The notes under the pieces: generated by a model | What the model was told of the DNA's origin: nothing | Database searches by the model: none | The model's input: the letters and a program-made list of their open reading frames with translations, nothing else | Made by a program: the position numbers and the translations under genes | Shown: one piece after another, positions 26,901-41,900 of the stretch | How the letters are laid out: the number at the start of each line of letters is the position of its first letter | Position numbering within the stretch: the first letter of the stretch is position 1 | NCBI GenBank assembly: GCA_964016885.1 | Contig: OZ024740.1 | Location: 3,596,001 to 3,660,000 of the forward strand | Length of the DNA stretch: 64,000 bases | DNA from: Eledone cirrhosa | Lineage: Eukaryota | Reading direction: 5' to 3'

Positions 26901-29900
26901 TTTACTGGACATTCAGTGGTTTACTGGACAGTCAGTAGTTTACTGGACAGTCAGTGGTTTACAGGACTGTCAGTGGTTTACAGGACAGTCAGGGGCTTAC
27001 TGGACAGTGAGTGGTTTACTGGACAGTCAGTGGTTTACAGGACTGTCAGTGGTTTACTGGACAGTCAGTGGTTTACTGGACAGTTAGTGGTTTACAGGAC
27101 TGTCAGTGGTTTACTGGACAGTCAGTCGTTTACTGGACAGTCAGTGGTTTACTGGACAGTTAGTGGTTTACAGGACTGTCAGTGGTTTACTGGACAGTCA
27201 GTGGTTTACAGGACTGTCAGTGATTTACTGGACAGTCAGTGGTTTACTGGACAGTCACTGGTTTACTGGACAGTCAGTGGTTTACAGGACTGTCAGTGAT
27301 TTACAGGACTGTCAGTGGTTTACTGGACAGTCAGTGGTTTACTGGACAGTCAGTGGTTTACTGGACAGTCAGTGGTTTACAGGACAGTCAGTGGTTTACT
27401 GGACAGTCAGTGGTTTACTGGACTGTCAGTGGTTTACAGGACTGTCAGTGGTTTACTGGACAGTCAGTGGATTACTGGACAGTCAGTGGTTTACTGGACA
27501 GTCAGTGGTTTACTGGACAGTCAGTGGTTTACAGGACTGTCAGTGGTTTACAGGACTGTCAGAGTTTTACTGGACAGTCAGGGGTTTACTGGACAGTCAG
27601 TGGTTTACTGGACTGTCAGTGGTTTACTGGACAGTCAGGGGTTTACTGGACTGTCAGTGGTTTACTGGACAGTCAGGGGTTTACTGGACAGTCAGTGGTT
27701 TACAGGACTGTCAGTGGTTTACAGGACTGTTAGTGGTTTACTGGACTGTCAGTGGTTTACTGGTCAGTCAGGGGTTTACTGGACAGTCAGTGGTTTACTG
27801 GACTGTCAGTGGTTTACAGGACTGTCAGTGGTTTACAGGACTGTCAGTGGTTTACAGGACAGTCAGTGGTTTACAGGACAGTCAGTGGTTTACAGGACAG
27901 TCAGTGGTTTACAGGACAGTCAGTAGTTTACAGAACAGCCAGTGGTTTACTGGACAGTCAGTGGATTACAGGACAGTCAGTGGTTTACTGGACAGTCAGT
28001 GGTTTACTGGACAGTCAGTGGTTTACAGGACAGTCAGTGGTTTACAGGACAGTCAGTAGTTTACTGGACAGTCAGTGGTTTACTGGACAGTCAGTGGTTT
28101 ACAGGACTGTCAGTGGTTTACAGGACTGTCAGTGGTTTACTGGACAGGTCAGTGGTTTATAGGACTGTCACTGGTTTACTGGACAGTCAGTGGTTTACAG
28201 GACAGTCAGGGGTTTACTGGACAGTCAGTGGTTAACAGGACAGTCAGTTCTTCACAGGACTGTCAGTGGTTTACTGGACAGTCATTGGTTTACTGGACAG
28301 TCAGTGGTTTACTGGACAGTCAGTGGTTTACTGGACTGTCAGTGGTTTACTGGACAGTCAGTGGTGTACTGGACTGTTAGTGGTTTACTGGACAGTCAGT
28401 GGTTTACTGGACAGTCAGTGATTTACTGGACAGTCAGTGGTTTACAGGACTGTCAGTGGTTTACTGGACAGTCAGTGGGTTTACAGGACAGTCAGTGGTT
28501 TACTGGACAATCAGTGGGTTTACAGGACAGTCAGTGGGTTTACAGGACAATCAGTGGGTTTACAGGATTGTCAGTGGGTTTAGTGGACAGTCAGTAGGTT
28601 TACAGGACAGTCAGTGGATATACAGAACAGTCAGTGTGTTTACAGGACAGTCAGTGTGTTTACAGGACAGCCAGTACATTAACAGGACAGTCAGTGGGTT
28701 TAGTGGACATTCAGTGGTTTACTGGACAGTCAGTGGTTTACTGGACAGTCAGTGGTTTACAGGACTGTCAGTGGTTTACAGGACAGTCAGGGGTTTACTG
28801 GATAGTCAGTGGTTTACAGGACAGTCAGTGGTTTACTGGACAGTCAGTGGTTTACAGGACAGTCAGGGGTTTACTGGACAGTCAGTGGTTTGCAGGATTG
28901 TCAGTGGTTTGCAGGATTGTCAGTGGTTTACAGGACAGTCAGTGGTTTACTTGACAGTCAGTGGTTTACAGGACAGTCAGTGGTTTACAGGACTGTCAGT
29001 GGTTTACGTGACAGTCAGTGGTTTACTGGACAGTCAGTGGTTTACTGGACAGTGAGTGGTTTACTGGACAGTCAGTGGTTTACAGGACTGTCAGTGGTTT
29101 ACAGGGCTGTCAGAGGTTTACTGGACAGTCAGTGGTTTACTGGACTGTCAGTGGTTTACTGGACAGTCAGGGGTTTACAGGACTGTCAGTGGTTTACTGG
29201 ACAGTCAGTGGTTTATAGGACAGTCAGTGGTATACAGGACTGTCGGTGGTTTACAGGACTGTCAGTGGTTTACTGGACAGTCAGTGGTGTACTGGCCAGT
29301 CAGTGGTTTACAGGACAGTCAGTGGTATACAGGACTGTCAGTGGTTTACAGGACAGTCAGTGGTTTACAGGACAGTCAGTGGTTTACTGGACAGTCAGTG
29401 GTTTACTGGCCAGTCAGTGGTTTACAGGACAGTCAGAGGTTTACTGGACAGTCAGTGGTTTACTGGACTTCAGTGGTTTACAGGACTGTCAGTGGTTTAC
29501 TGGACAGTCAGGGGTTTACTGTACTGTCAGTCGTTTACTGGACAGTCAGTGGTTTATAGGACAGTCAGTGGTATACAGGACTGTCAGTGGTTTACAGGAC
29601 TGTCAGTGGTTTACTGGACAGTCAGTGGTTTACTGGACAGTCAGTGGTTTACAGGACAGTCAGTGGTTTACAGGACAGTCAGTGGTTTACTGGACAGTCA
29701 GTGGTTTACAGGACTGTCAGTGGTTAACTGGACAGTCAGTGGTTTACTGGACAGTCAGTGGTTTACTGGACAGTCAGTGGTTTACAGGACTGTCAGTGGT
29801 TTACAGGATTGTCAGTGGTTTACAGGACAGTCAGTGGTTTACTGGACAGTTAGTGGTTTACTGGACAGTCAGTGGTTTACTGAACAGTCAGTGGTTTACT

Positions 29901-32900
29901 GGACAGTTAGTGGTTTAGAGGACTGTCAGTGGTTTACTGGACAGTCAGTGGTTTACAGGACTGTCAGTGGTTTACTGGACAGTCAGTGGTTTACTGGACA
30001 GTCAGTGGTTTACTGGACAGTCAGTGGTTTACAGGACTGTCAGTGATTTAAAAGGACTGTCAGTGGGTTACTGGACAGTCAGTGGTTTACTGGACAGTCA
30101 GTGGTTTACTGGACAGTCAGTGGTTTACAGGACAGTCAGTGGTTTACTGGACAGTCAGTGGTTTACTGGACTGTCAGTGGTTTACAGGACTGTCAGCGGT
30201 TTACTGGACAGTCATTTGTTTACTGGACAGTCAGTGGTTTACTGGACAGTCAGTGGTTTACTGGACAGTCAGTGGTTTACAGGACAGTCAGTGGTATACA
30301 GGACTGTCAGTGGTTTACAGGACTGTCAGCGGTTTACTGGACAATCAGTGGTTTACTGGACAGTCAGTGGTTTACTGGACAGTCAGTGGTTTACTGGACA
30401 GTCAGTGGTTTACAGGACAGTCAGTGGTTTACAGGACAGTCAGTGGTTTACTGGACAGTCAGTGGTTTACTGGACTGTCAGTGGTTTACAGGACTGTCAG
30501 TGGTTTACAGGACTGTCAGTGGTTTACTGGACAGTCAGTGGTTTACTGGCCAGTCAGTGGTTTACAGGACAGTCAGAGGTTTACTGGACAGTCAGTGGTT
30601 TACTGGACTTCAGTGGTTTACAGGACTGTCAGTGGTTTACTGGACAGTCAGGTGTTTACTGTACTGTCAGTCGTTTACTGGACAGTCAGTGGTTTATAGG
30701 ACAGTCAGTGGTATACAGGACTGTCAGTGGTTTACAGGACTGTCAGTGGTGTACTGGACAGTCAGTGGTTTACTGGACAGTCAGTGGTTTACAGGACAGT
30801 CAGTGGTTTACAGGACAGTCAGTGGTTTACTGGACAGTCAGTGGTTTACAGGACTGTCAGTGGTTAACTGGACAGTCAGTGGTTTACTGGACAGTCAGTG
30901 GTTTACTGGACAGTCAGTGGTTTACAGGACTGTCAGTGGTTTACAGGATTGTCAGTGGTTTACAGGACAGTCAGTGGTTTACTGGACAGTCAGTGGTTTA
31001 CTGGACAGTCAGTGGTTTACTGAACAGTCAGTGGTTTACTGGACAGTTAGTGGTTTACAGGACTGTCAGTGGTTTACTGGACAGTCAGTGGTTTACAGGA
31101 CTGTCAGTGGTTTACTGGACAGTCAGTGGTTTACTGGACAGTCAGTGGTTTACTGGACAGTCAGTGGTTTACAGGACTGTCAGTGATTTAAAAGGACTGT
31201 CAGTGGGTTACTGGACAGTCAGTGGTTTACTGGACAGTCAGTGGTTTACTGGACAGTCAGTGGTTTACAGGACAGTCAGTGGTTTACTGGACAGTCAGTG
31301 GTTTACTGGACTGTCAGTGGTTTACAGGACTGTCAGTGGTTTACTGGACAGTCAGTGGTTTATAGGACAGTCAGTGGTATACAGGACTGTCAGTGGTTTA
31401 CAGGACTGTCAGTGGTTTACTGGACAGTCAGTGGTTTACTGGACAGTCAGTGGTTTACAGGACAGTCAGTGGTATACAGGACTGTCAGTGGTTTACAGGA
31501 CTGTCAGTGGTTTACAGGACTGTCAGTGGTTTACAGGACTGTCAGCGGTTTACAGGACTGTCAGTGGTTTACAGGACAGTCAGTGGTTTACAGGACAGTC
31601 AGTGGTTTACAGGACAGTCAGTGGTTTACATGACAGTCAGTAGTTTACAGGACAGTCAGTGGTTTACTGGACAGTCAGTGGATTACAGGACAGTCAGTGG
31701 TTTACTGGACAGTCAGTGGTTTACAGGACAGCCAGTGGTTTACTTGACAGTCAGTGGTTTAATGGACAGTCAGTGGTTTACTGGACATTCAGGGGTTTAC
31801 AGGACTGTCAGTGGTTTACAGGATAGTCAGTGGTTTACTGGACAGTCAGTGGTTTACTGGACAGTCAGTGGTTTACAGGACAGTCAGTGGTTTACAGGAC
31901 AGTCAGTGGTTTACTGGACAGTCAGTGGTTTACAGGACAGTCACTGGTTTACAGGACAGTCAGTGTTTTACTGGACAGTCAGTGGTTTACTGGACAGTTA
32001 GTGGTTTACAGGACTGTCAGTGGTTTACTGGACAGTCAGTGGTTTACTGGAGAGTCAGTGGTTTACAGGACTGTCAGTGGTTTACTGGACAGTCAGTGGT
32101 TTACTGGACAGTCAGTGGTTTACTGGACAGTCAGTGGTTTACAGGACTGTCAGTGGTTTACAGGACAGTCAGGGATTTACTGGACAGTCAGTGGTTTACT
32201 GGACAGTCAGTGGTTTACAGGACTGTCAGTGGTTTACTGGACAGTCAGTGGTTTACTGGACAGTCAGTGGTTTACTGGACAGTCAGTAGTTTACAGGACA
32301 GTCAGTGGTTTACAGGACTGTCAGTGGTTTACAGGACAGTCAGTGGTTTACTGGACAGTCAGTGGTTTACTGGACAGTCAGTGGTTTACTGGACAGTCAG
32401 TGGTTTACTGGACAGTTAGTAGTTTACAGGACTGTCAGTGGTTTACTGGACAGTCAGTGGTTTACAGGACTGTCAGTGGTTTACTGGACAGTCAGTGGTT
32501 TACTGGACAGTCAGTGGTTTACTGGACAGTCAGTGGTTTACAGGACTGTCAGTGATTTACAGGACTGTCAGTGGTTTACTGGACAGTCAGTGGTTTACTG
32601 GACAGTCAGTGGTTTACAGGACAGTCAGTGGTTTACTGGACAGTCAGTGGTTTACTGGACTGTCAGTGGTTTACAGGACTGTCAGTGGTTTACTGGACAG
32701 TCAGTGGTTTACTGGACAGTCAGTGGTTTACTGGACAGTCAGTGGTTTACTTGACAGTCAGTGGTTTACAGGACTGTCAGTGGTTTACAGGACTGTCAGA
32801 GGTTTACTGGACAGTCAGGGGTTTACTGGACAGTCATTGCTTACTGGACTGTCAGTGGTTTACTGGACAGTCAGGGGTTTACTGGACTGTCAGTGGTTTA

Positions 32901-35900
32901 CTGGACAGTCAGGGGTTTACTGGACAGTCAGTGGTTTACAGGACTGTCAGTGGTTTACAGGACTGTTAGTGGTTTATTGGACTGTCAGTGGTTTACTGGA
33001 CAGTCAGGGGTTTACTGGACAGTCAGTGGTTTACTGGACTGTCAGTGGTTAACAGGACTGTCAGTGGTTTACAGGACTGTCAGTGGTTTACAGGACAGTC
33101 AGTGGTTTACAGGACTGTCAGTGGTTTACTGGACAGTCAGTGGTTTACTGGACAGTCAGTGGTTTACAGGACTGTCAGTGGTTTACTGGACAGTCAGTGG
33201 TTTACAGGACTGTCAGTGATTTACAGGACTGTCAGTGGTTTACTGGACAGTCAGTGGTTTACTGGACAGTCAGTGGTTTACTGGACTGTCAGTGGTTTAC
33301 AGGACTGTCAGTGGTTTACTGGACAGTCAGTGGTTTACTGGACAGTCAGTGGTTTACTGGACAGTCAGTGGTTTACTGGACAGTCAGTGGTTTACAGGAC
33401 TGTCAGTGGTTTACAGGACTGTCAGAGGTTTACTGGACAGTCAGTGGTTTACAGGACAGTCATTGGTTTACTGGACAGTCAGTGGTTTACAGGACAGTCA
33501 TTGGTTTACTGGACAGTCAGTGGTTTACAGGACTGTCAGTGGTTTACTGGACAGTCAGTGGTTTACAGGACAGTCATTGGTTTACTGGACAGTCAGTGGT
33601 TTACTGGACTGTCAGTGGTTTACTGGACAGTCAGTGGTTTACAAGACTCTCAGTGGTTTACAGGACTGTCAGTGGTTTACAGGTCTGTCAGTGGTTTACA
33701 GGACTGTCAGTGGTTTACAGGACTGTCAGTGGTTTACAGGACAGTCAGTGGTTTACTGGACAGTCAGTGGTTTACAGGACAGTCAGTGGTTTACTGGACA
33801 GTCAGTGGTTTACTGGACAGTCAGTGGTTTACAGGACAGTCAGTGGTTTACTGGACAGTCAGTGGTTTACTGGACAGTCAGTCGTTTACAGGACTGTCAG
33901 TGGTTTACAGGACAGTCAGGGGTTTACTGGACAGCCAGTGGTTTACTGGACATTCAGTGGTTTACTGGACAGTCAGTGGTTTACTGGACAGTCAGTGGTT
34001 TACAGGACTGTCAGTGGTTTACAGGACTGTCAGAGGTTTACTGGACAGTCAGGGGTTTACTGGACAGTCAGTGGTTTACAGGACAGTCAGTGGTTTACTG
34101 GACAGTCAGTGGTTTACAGGACAGTCAGTGGTTTACTGGACAGTAAGTGGTTTACAGGACTGTCAGAGGTTTACTGGACTGTCAGTGGTTTACTGGACAG
34201 TCAGTGGTTTACTGGACAGTCAGTGGTTTACTGGACAGTCAGTGGTTTACAGGACTGTCAGTGGTTTACAGGACTGTCAGAGGTTTACTGGACAGTCAGG
34301 GGTTTACTGGACAGTCAGTGGTTTACTGGACAGTCAGGGGTTTAGAGGACTGTCAGTGGTTTACTGGACAGTCAGGGGTTTAGAGGATGGTCAGTGGTTT
34401 ACAGGACTGTCAGTGGTTTACTGGACAGTCAGGGGTGTACTGGACAGTCAGGGGTTTACAGGACTGTCAGTGGTTTACAGGACAGTCAGTGGTTTACTGG
34501 ACAGTCAGTGGTTTACTGGACAGTCAGTGGTTTACTGGACAGTCAGTGGTTTACTGGACAGTTAGTAGTTTACAGGACTGTCAGTGGTTTACTGGACAGT
34601 CAGTGGTTTACAGGACTGTCAGTGGTTTACTGGACAGTCAGTGGTTTACTGGACAGTCAGTGGTTTACAGGACTGTCAGTGATTTACAGGACTGTCAGTG
34701 GTTTACTGGACAGTCAGTGGTTTACTGGACAGTCAGTGGTTTACAGGACAGTCAGTGGTTTACTGCACAGTCAGTGGTTTACTGGACTGTCAGTGGTTTA
34801 CAGGACTGTCAGTGGTTTACTGGACAGTCAGTGGTTTACTGGACAGTCAGTGGTTTACTGGACAGTCAGTGGTTTACTTGACAGTCAGTGGTTTACAGGA
34901 CTGTCAGTGGTTTACAGGACTGTCAGAGGTTTACTGGACAGTCAGGGGTTTACTGGACAGTCATTGCTTACTGGACTGTCAGTGGTTTACTGGACAGTCA
35001 GGGGTTTACTGGACTGTCAGTGGTTTACTGGACAGTCAGGGGTTTACTGGACAGTCAGTGGTTTACAGGACTGTCAGTGGTTTACAGGACTGTTAGTGGT
35101 TTATTGGACTGTCAGTGGTTTACTGGACAGTCAGGGGTTTACTGGACAGTCAGTGGTTTACTGGACTGTCAGTGGTTAACAGGACTGTCAGTGGTTTACA
35201 GAACTGTCAGTGGTTTACAGGACAGTCAGTGGTTTACAGGACTGTCAGTGGTTTACTGGACAGTCAGTGGTTTACTGGACAATCAGTGGTTTACAGGACT
35301 GTCAGTGGTTTACTGGACAGTCAGTGGTTTACAGGACTGTCAGTGATTTACAGGACTGTCAGTGGTTTACTGGACAGTCAGTGGTTTACTGGACAGTCAG
35401 TGGTTTACTGGACAGTCAGTGGTTTACAGGACAGTCAGTGGTTTACTGGACAGTCAGTGGTTTACTGGACTGTCAGTGGTTTACAGGACTGTCAGTGGTT
35501 TACTGGACAGTCAGTGGTTTACTGGACAGTCAGTGGTTTACTGGACAGTCAGTGGTTTACTGGACAGTCAGTGGTTACAGGACCGTCAGTGGTTTACTGG
35601 ACTGTCAGTGGCTTACTGGACAGTCAGTGGTTTACTGGACTGTCAGTGGTTTACTGGACAGTCAGTGGTTACAGGACTGTCAGTGGTTTACAGGACTGTC
35701 AGAGGTTTACTGGACAGTCAGGGGTTTACTGGACAGTCATTGCTTACTGGACTGTCAGTGGTTTACTGGACAGTCGGGGGTTTACTGGACTGTCAGTGGT
35801 TTACTGGACAGTCAGGGGTTTACTGGACAGTCAGTGGTTTACAGGACTGTCAGTGGTTTACAGGACTGCTAGTGGTTTACTGGACTGTCAGTGGTTTACT

Positions 35901-38900
35901 GCACAGTCAGGGGTTTACTGGATAGTCAGTGGTTTACTGGACAGTCAGTGGTTTACTGGACAGTCAGTGGTTTACTGGACAGTCAGTGGTTTACTGGACA
36001 GTTAGTAGTTTACAGGACTGTCAGTGGTTTACTGGACAGTCAGTGGTTTACAGGACTGTCAGTGGTTTACTGGACAGTCAGTGGTTTACTGGACAGTTAG
36101 TAGTTTACAGGACTGTCAGTGGTTTACTGGACAGTCAGTGGTTTACAGGACAGTCAGTGCTTTACAGGACAGTCAGTGGTTTACTGGACAGTCAGTGGTT
36201 TACTGGACTGTCAGTGGTTTACAGGACTGTCAGTGGTTTACAGGACTGTCAGTGGTTTACTGGACAGTCAGTGGTTTACTGGACTGTCAGTGGTTTACAG
36301 GACTGTCAGTGGTTTACTGGACAGTCAGTGGTTTACTGGACAGTCAGTGGTTTACTGGACAGTCAGTGGTTTACTTGACAGTCAGTGGTTTACAGGACTG
36401 TCAGTGGTTTACAGGACTGTCAGAGGTTTACTGGACAGTCAGGGGTTTACTGGACAGTCATTGCTTACTGGACTGTCAGTGGTTTACTGGACAGTCAGGG
36501 GTTTACTGGACTGTCAGTGGTTTACTGGACAGTCAGGGGTTTACTGGACAGTCAGTGGTTTACAGGACTGTCAGTGGTTTACAGGACTGTTAGTGGTTTA
36601 TTGGACTGTCAGTGGTTTACTGGACAGTCAGGGGTTTACTGGACAGTCAGTGGTTTACTGGACTGTCAGTGGTTAACAGGACTGTCAGTGGTTTACAGGA
36701 CTGTCAGTGGTTTACAGGACAGTCAGTGGTTTACAGGACTGACAGTGGTTTACTGGAGAGTCAGTGGTTTACTGGACAGTCAGTGGTTTACAGGACTGTC
36801 AGTGGTTTACTGGACAGTCAGTGGTTTACAGGACTGTCAGTGATTTACAGGACTGTCAGTGGTTTACTGGACAGTCAGTGGTTTACTGGACAGTCAGTGG
36901 TTTACTGGACAGTCAGTGGTTTACAGGACAGTCAGTGGTTTACTGGACAGTCAGTGGTTTACTGGACTGTCAGTGGTTTACAGGACTGTCAGTGGTTTAC
37001 TGGACAGTCAGTGGTTTACTGGACAGTCAGTGGTTTACTGGACAGTCAGTGGTTTACTGGACAGTCAGTGGTTACAGGACTGTCAGTGGTTTACAGGACT
37101 GTCAGAGGTTTACTGGACAGTCAGGGGTTTACTGGACAGTCATTGCTTACTGGACTGTCAGTGGTTTACTGGACAGTCGGGGGTTTACTGGACTGTCAGT
37201 GGTTTACTGGACAGTCAGGGGTTTACTGGACAGTCAGTGGTTTACAGGACTGTCAGTGGTTTACAGGACTGCTAGTGGTTTACTGGACTGTCAGTGGTTT
37301 ACTGCACAGTCAGGGGTTTACTGGATAGTCAGTGGTTTACTGGACAGTCAGTGGTTTACTGGACAGTCAGTGGTTTACTGGACAGTCGGTGGTTTACTGG
37401 ACAGTTAGTAGTTTACAGGACTGTCAGTGGTTTACTGGACAGTCAGTGGTTTACAGGACTGTCAGTGGTTTACTGGACAGTCAGTGGTTTACTGGACAGT
37501 TAGTAGTTTACAGGACTGTCAGTGGTTTACTGGACAGTCAGTGGTTTACAGGACAGTCAGTGGTTTACAGGACAGTCAGTGGTTTACTGGACAGTCAGTG
37601 GTTTACTGGACTGTCAGTGGTTTACAGGACTGTCAGTGGTTTACAGGACTGTCAGTGGTTTACTGGACAGTCAGTGGTTTACTGGCCAGTCAGTGGTTTA
37701 CAGGACAGTCAGAGGTTTACTGGACAGTCAGTGGTTTACTGGACTTCAGTGGTATACAGGACTGTCAGTGGTTTACTGGACAGTCAGGTGTTTACTGTAC
37801 TGTCAGTCGTTTACTGGACAGTCAGTGGTTTATAGGACAGTCAGTGGTATACAGGACTGTCAGTGGTTTACAGGACTGTCAGTGGTTTACTGGACAGTCA
37901 GTGGTTTACTGGACAGTCAGTGGTTTACAGGACAGTCAGTGGTTTACAGGACAGTCAGTGGTTTACTGGACAGTCAGTGGTTTACAGGACTGTCAGTGGT
38001 TAACTGGACAGTCAGTGGTTTAGTGGACAGTCAGTGGTTTACTGGACAGTCAGTGGTTTACAGGACTGTCAGTGGTTTACAGGATTGTCAGTGGTTTACA
38101 GGACAGTCAGTGGTTTACTGGACAGTCAGTGGTTTACTGGACAGTCAGTGGTTTACTGAACAGTCAGTGGTTTACTGGACAGTTAGTGGTTTACAGGACT
38201 GTCAGTGGTTTACTGGACAGTCAGTGGTTTACAGGACTGTCAGTGGTTTACTGGACAGTCAGTGGTTTACTGGACAGTCAGTGGTTTACTGGACAGTCAG
38301 TGGTTTACAGGACTCTCAGTGATTTAAAAGGACTGTCAGTGGGTTACTGGACAGTCAGTGGTTTACTGGACAGTCAGTGGTTTACTGGACAGTCAGTGGT
38401 TTACAGGACAGTCAGTGGTTTACTGGACAGTCAGTGGTTTACTGGACTGTCAGTGGTTTACAGGACTGTCAGTGGTTTACTGGACAGTCAGTGGATTACT
38501 GGACAGTCAGTGGTTTACTGTACTGTCAGTGGTTTACTGGACAGTCAGTGATTTATAGGACAGTCAGTGGTATACAGGACTGTCAGTGGTTTACAGGACT
38601 GTCAGTGGTTTACTGGACAGTCAGTGGTTTACTGGACAGTCAGTGGTTTACAGGACAGTCAGTGGTATACAGGACTGTCAGTGGTTTACAGGACTGTCAG
38701 TGGTTTACAGGACTGTCAGTGGTTTACAGGACTGTCAGCGGTTTACAGGACTGTCAGTGGTTTACAGGACAGTCAGTGGTTTACAGGACAGTCAGTGGTT
38801 TACAGGACAGTCAGTGGTTTACAGGACAGTCAGTAGTTTACAGGACAGTCAGTGGTTTACTGGACAGTCAGTGGATTACAGGACAGTCAGTGGTTTACTG

Positions 38901-41900
38901 GACAGTCAGTGGTTTACTGCACAGTCAGTGGTTTACAGGACAGTCAGTGGTTTACAGGACAGTCAGTAGTTTACTGGACAGTCAGTGGTTTACTGGACAG
39001 TCAGTGGTTTACAGGACTGTCAGTGGTTTACAGGACTGTCAGTGGTTTACAGGACTGTCAGTGGTTTACTGGACAGTCAGTGGTTTACAGGACTGTCACT
39101 GGTTTACTGGACAGTCAGTGGTTTACAGGACAGTCAGGGGCTTACTGGACAGTCAGTTCTTTACAGGACTGTCAGTGGTTTACGGGACAGTCAGTGGTTT
39201 ACTGGACAGTCAGTGGTTTACAGGACTGTCAGTGGTTTACTGGACAGTCAGTGGTTTACTGGACACTCAGTGGTTTACTGGACAGTCAGTGGTTTACAGG
39301 ACAGCCAGTGGTTTACTTGACAGTCAGTGGTTTAATGGACAGTCAGTGGTTTACTGGACATTCAGGGGTTTACAGGACTGTCAGTGGTTTACAGGATAGT
39401 CAGTGGTTTACTGGACAGTCAGTGGTTTACTGGACAGTCAGTGGTTTACAGGACAGTCAGTGGTTTACAGGACAGTCAGTGGTTTACTGGACAGTCAGTG
39501 GTTTACAGGACAGTCACTGGTTTACAGGACAGTCAGTGTTTTACTGGACAGTCAGTGGTTTACTGGACAGTTAGTGGTTTACAGGACTGTCAGTGGTTTA
39601 CTGGACAGTCAGTGGTTTACTGGAGAGTCAGTGGTTTACAGGACTGTCAGTGGTTTACTGGACAGTCAGTGGTTTACTGGACAGTCAGTGGTTTACTGGA
39701 CAGTCAGTGGTTTACAGGACTGTCAGTGGTTTACAGGACAGTCAGGGGTTTACTGGACAGTCAGTGGTTTACTGGACAGTCAGTGGTTTACAGGACTGTC
39801 AGTGGTTTACTGGACAGTCAGTGGTTTACTGGACAGTCAGTGGTTTACTGGACAGTCAGTAGTTTACAGGACTGTCAGTGGTTTACAGGACTGTCAGTGG
39901 TTTACAGGACAGTCAGTGGTTTACTGGACAGTCAGTGGTTTACTGGACAGTCAGTGGTTTACTGGACAGTCAGTGGTTTACTGGACAGTTAGTAGTTTAC
40001 AGGACTGTCAGTGGTTTACTGGACAGTCAGTGGTTTACAGGACTGTCAGTGGTTTACTGGACAGTCAGTGGTTTACTGGACAGTCAGTGGTTTACTGGAC
40101 AGTCAGTGGTTTACAGGACTGTCAGTGATTTACAGGACTGTCAGTGGTTTACTGGACAGTCAGTGGTTTACTGGACAGTCAGTGGTTTACAGGACAGTCA
40201 GTGGTTTACTGGACAGTCAGTGGTTTACTGGACTGTCAGTGGTTTACAGGACTGTCAGTGGTTTACTGGACAGTCAGTGGTTTACTGGACAGTCAGTGGT
40301 TTACTGGACAGTCAGTGGTTTATTTGACAGTCAGTGGTTTACAGGACTGTCAGTGGTTTACAGGACTGTCAGAGGTTTACTGGACAGTCAGGGGTTTACT
40401 GGACAGTCATTGCTTACTGGACAGTCAGGGGTTTACTGGACAGTCAGTGGTTTACAGGACTGTCAGTGGTTTACAGGACTGTTAGTGGTTTATTGGACTG
40501 TCAGTGGTTTACTGGACAGTCAGGGGTTTACTGGACAGTCAGTGGTTTACTGGACTGTCAGTGGTTAACAGGACTGTCAGTGGTTTACAGGACTGTCAGT
40601 GGTTTACAGGACAGTCAGTGGTTTACAGGACTGTCAGTGGTTTACTGGACAGTCAGTGGTTTACTGGACAGTCAGTGGTTTACAGGACTGTCAGTGGTTT
40701 ACTGGACAGTCAGTGGTTTACAGGACTGTCAGTGATTTACAGGACTGTCAGTGGTTTACTGGACAGTCAGTGGTTTACTGGACAGTCAGTGGTTTACTGG
40801 ACAGTCAGTGGTTTACAGGACAGTCAGTGGTTTACTGGACAGTCAGTGGTTTACTGGACTGTCAGTGGTTTACAGGACTGTCAGTGGTTTACTGGACAGT
40901 CAGTGGTTTACTGGACAGTCAGTGGTTTACTGGACAGTCAGTGGTTTACTGGACAGTCAGTGGTTTACAGGACTGTCAGTGGTTTACAGGACTGTCAGAG
41001 GTTTACTGGACAGTCAGTGGTTTACAGGACAGTCATTGGTTTACTGGACAGTCAGTGGTTTACAGGACAGTCATTGGTTTACTGGACAGTCAGTGGTTTA
41101 CAGGACTGTCAGTGGTTTACTGGACAGTCAGTGGTTTACAGGACAGTCATTGGTTTACTGGACAGTCAGTGGTTTACTGGACTGTCAGTGGTTTACTGGA
41201 CAGTCAGTGGTTTACAAGACTCTCAGTGGTTTACAGGACTGTCAGTGGTTTACAGGTCTGTCAGTGGTTTACAGGACTGTCAGTGGTTTACAGGACTGTC
41301 AGTGGTTTACAGGACAGTCAGTGGTTTACTGGACAGTCAGTGGTTTACAGGACAGTCAGTGGTTTACTGGACAGTCAGTGGTTTACTGGACAGTCAGTGG
41401 TTTACAGGACAGTCAGTGGTTTACTGGACAGTCAGTGGTTTACTGGACAGTCAGTCGTTTACAGGACTGTCAGTGGTTTACAGGACAGTCAGGGGTTTAC
41501 TGGACAGCCAGTTGTTTACTGGACATTCAGTGGTTTACTGGACAGTCAGTGGTTTACTGGACAGTCAGTGGTTTACTGGACTGTCAGTGGTTTACAGGAC
41601 TGTCAGAGGTTTACTGGACAGTCAGGGGTTTACTGGACAGTCAGTGGTTTACAGGACAGTCAGTGGTTTACTGGACAGTCAGTGGTTTACAGGACAGTCA
41701 GTGGTTTACTGGACAGTCAGTGGTTTACAGGACTGTCAGAGGTTTACTGGACTGTCAGTGGTTTACTGGACAGTCAGTGGTTTACTGGACAGTCAGTGGT
41801 TTACTGGACAGTCAGTGGTTTACAGGACTGTCAGTGGTTTACAGGACTGTCAGAGGTTTACTGGACAGTCAGGGGTTTACTGGACAGTCAGTGGTTTACT

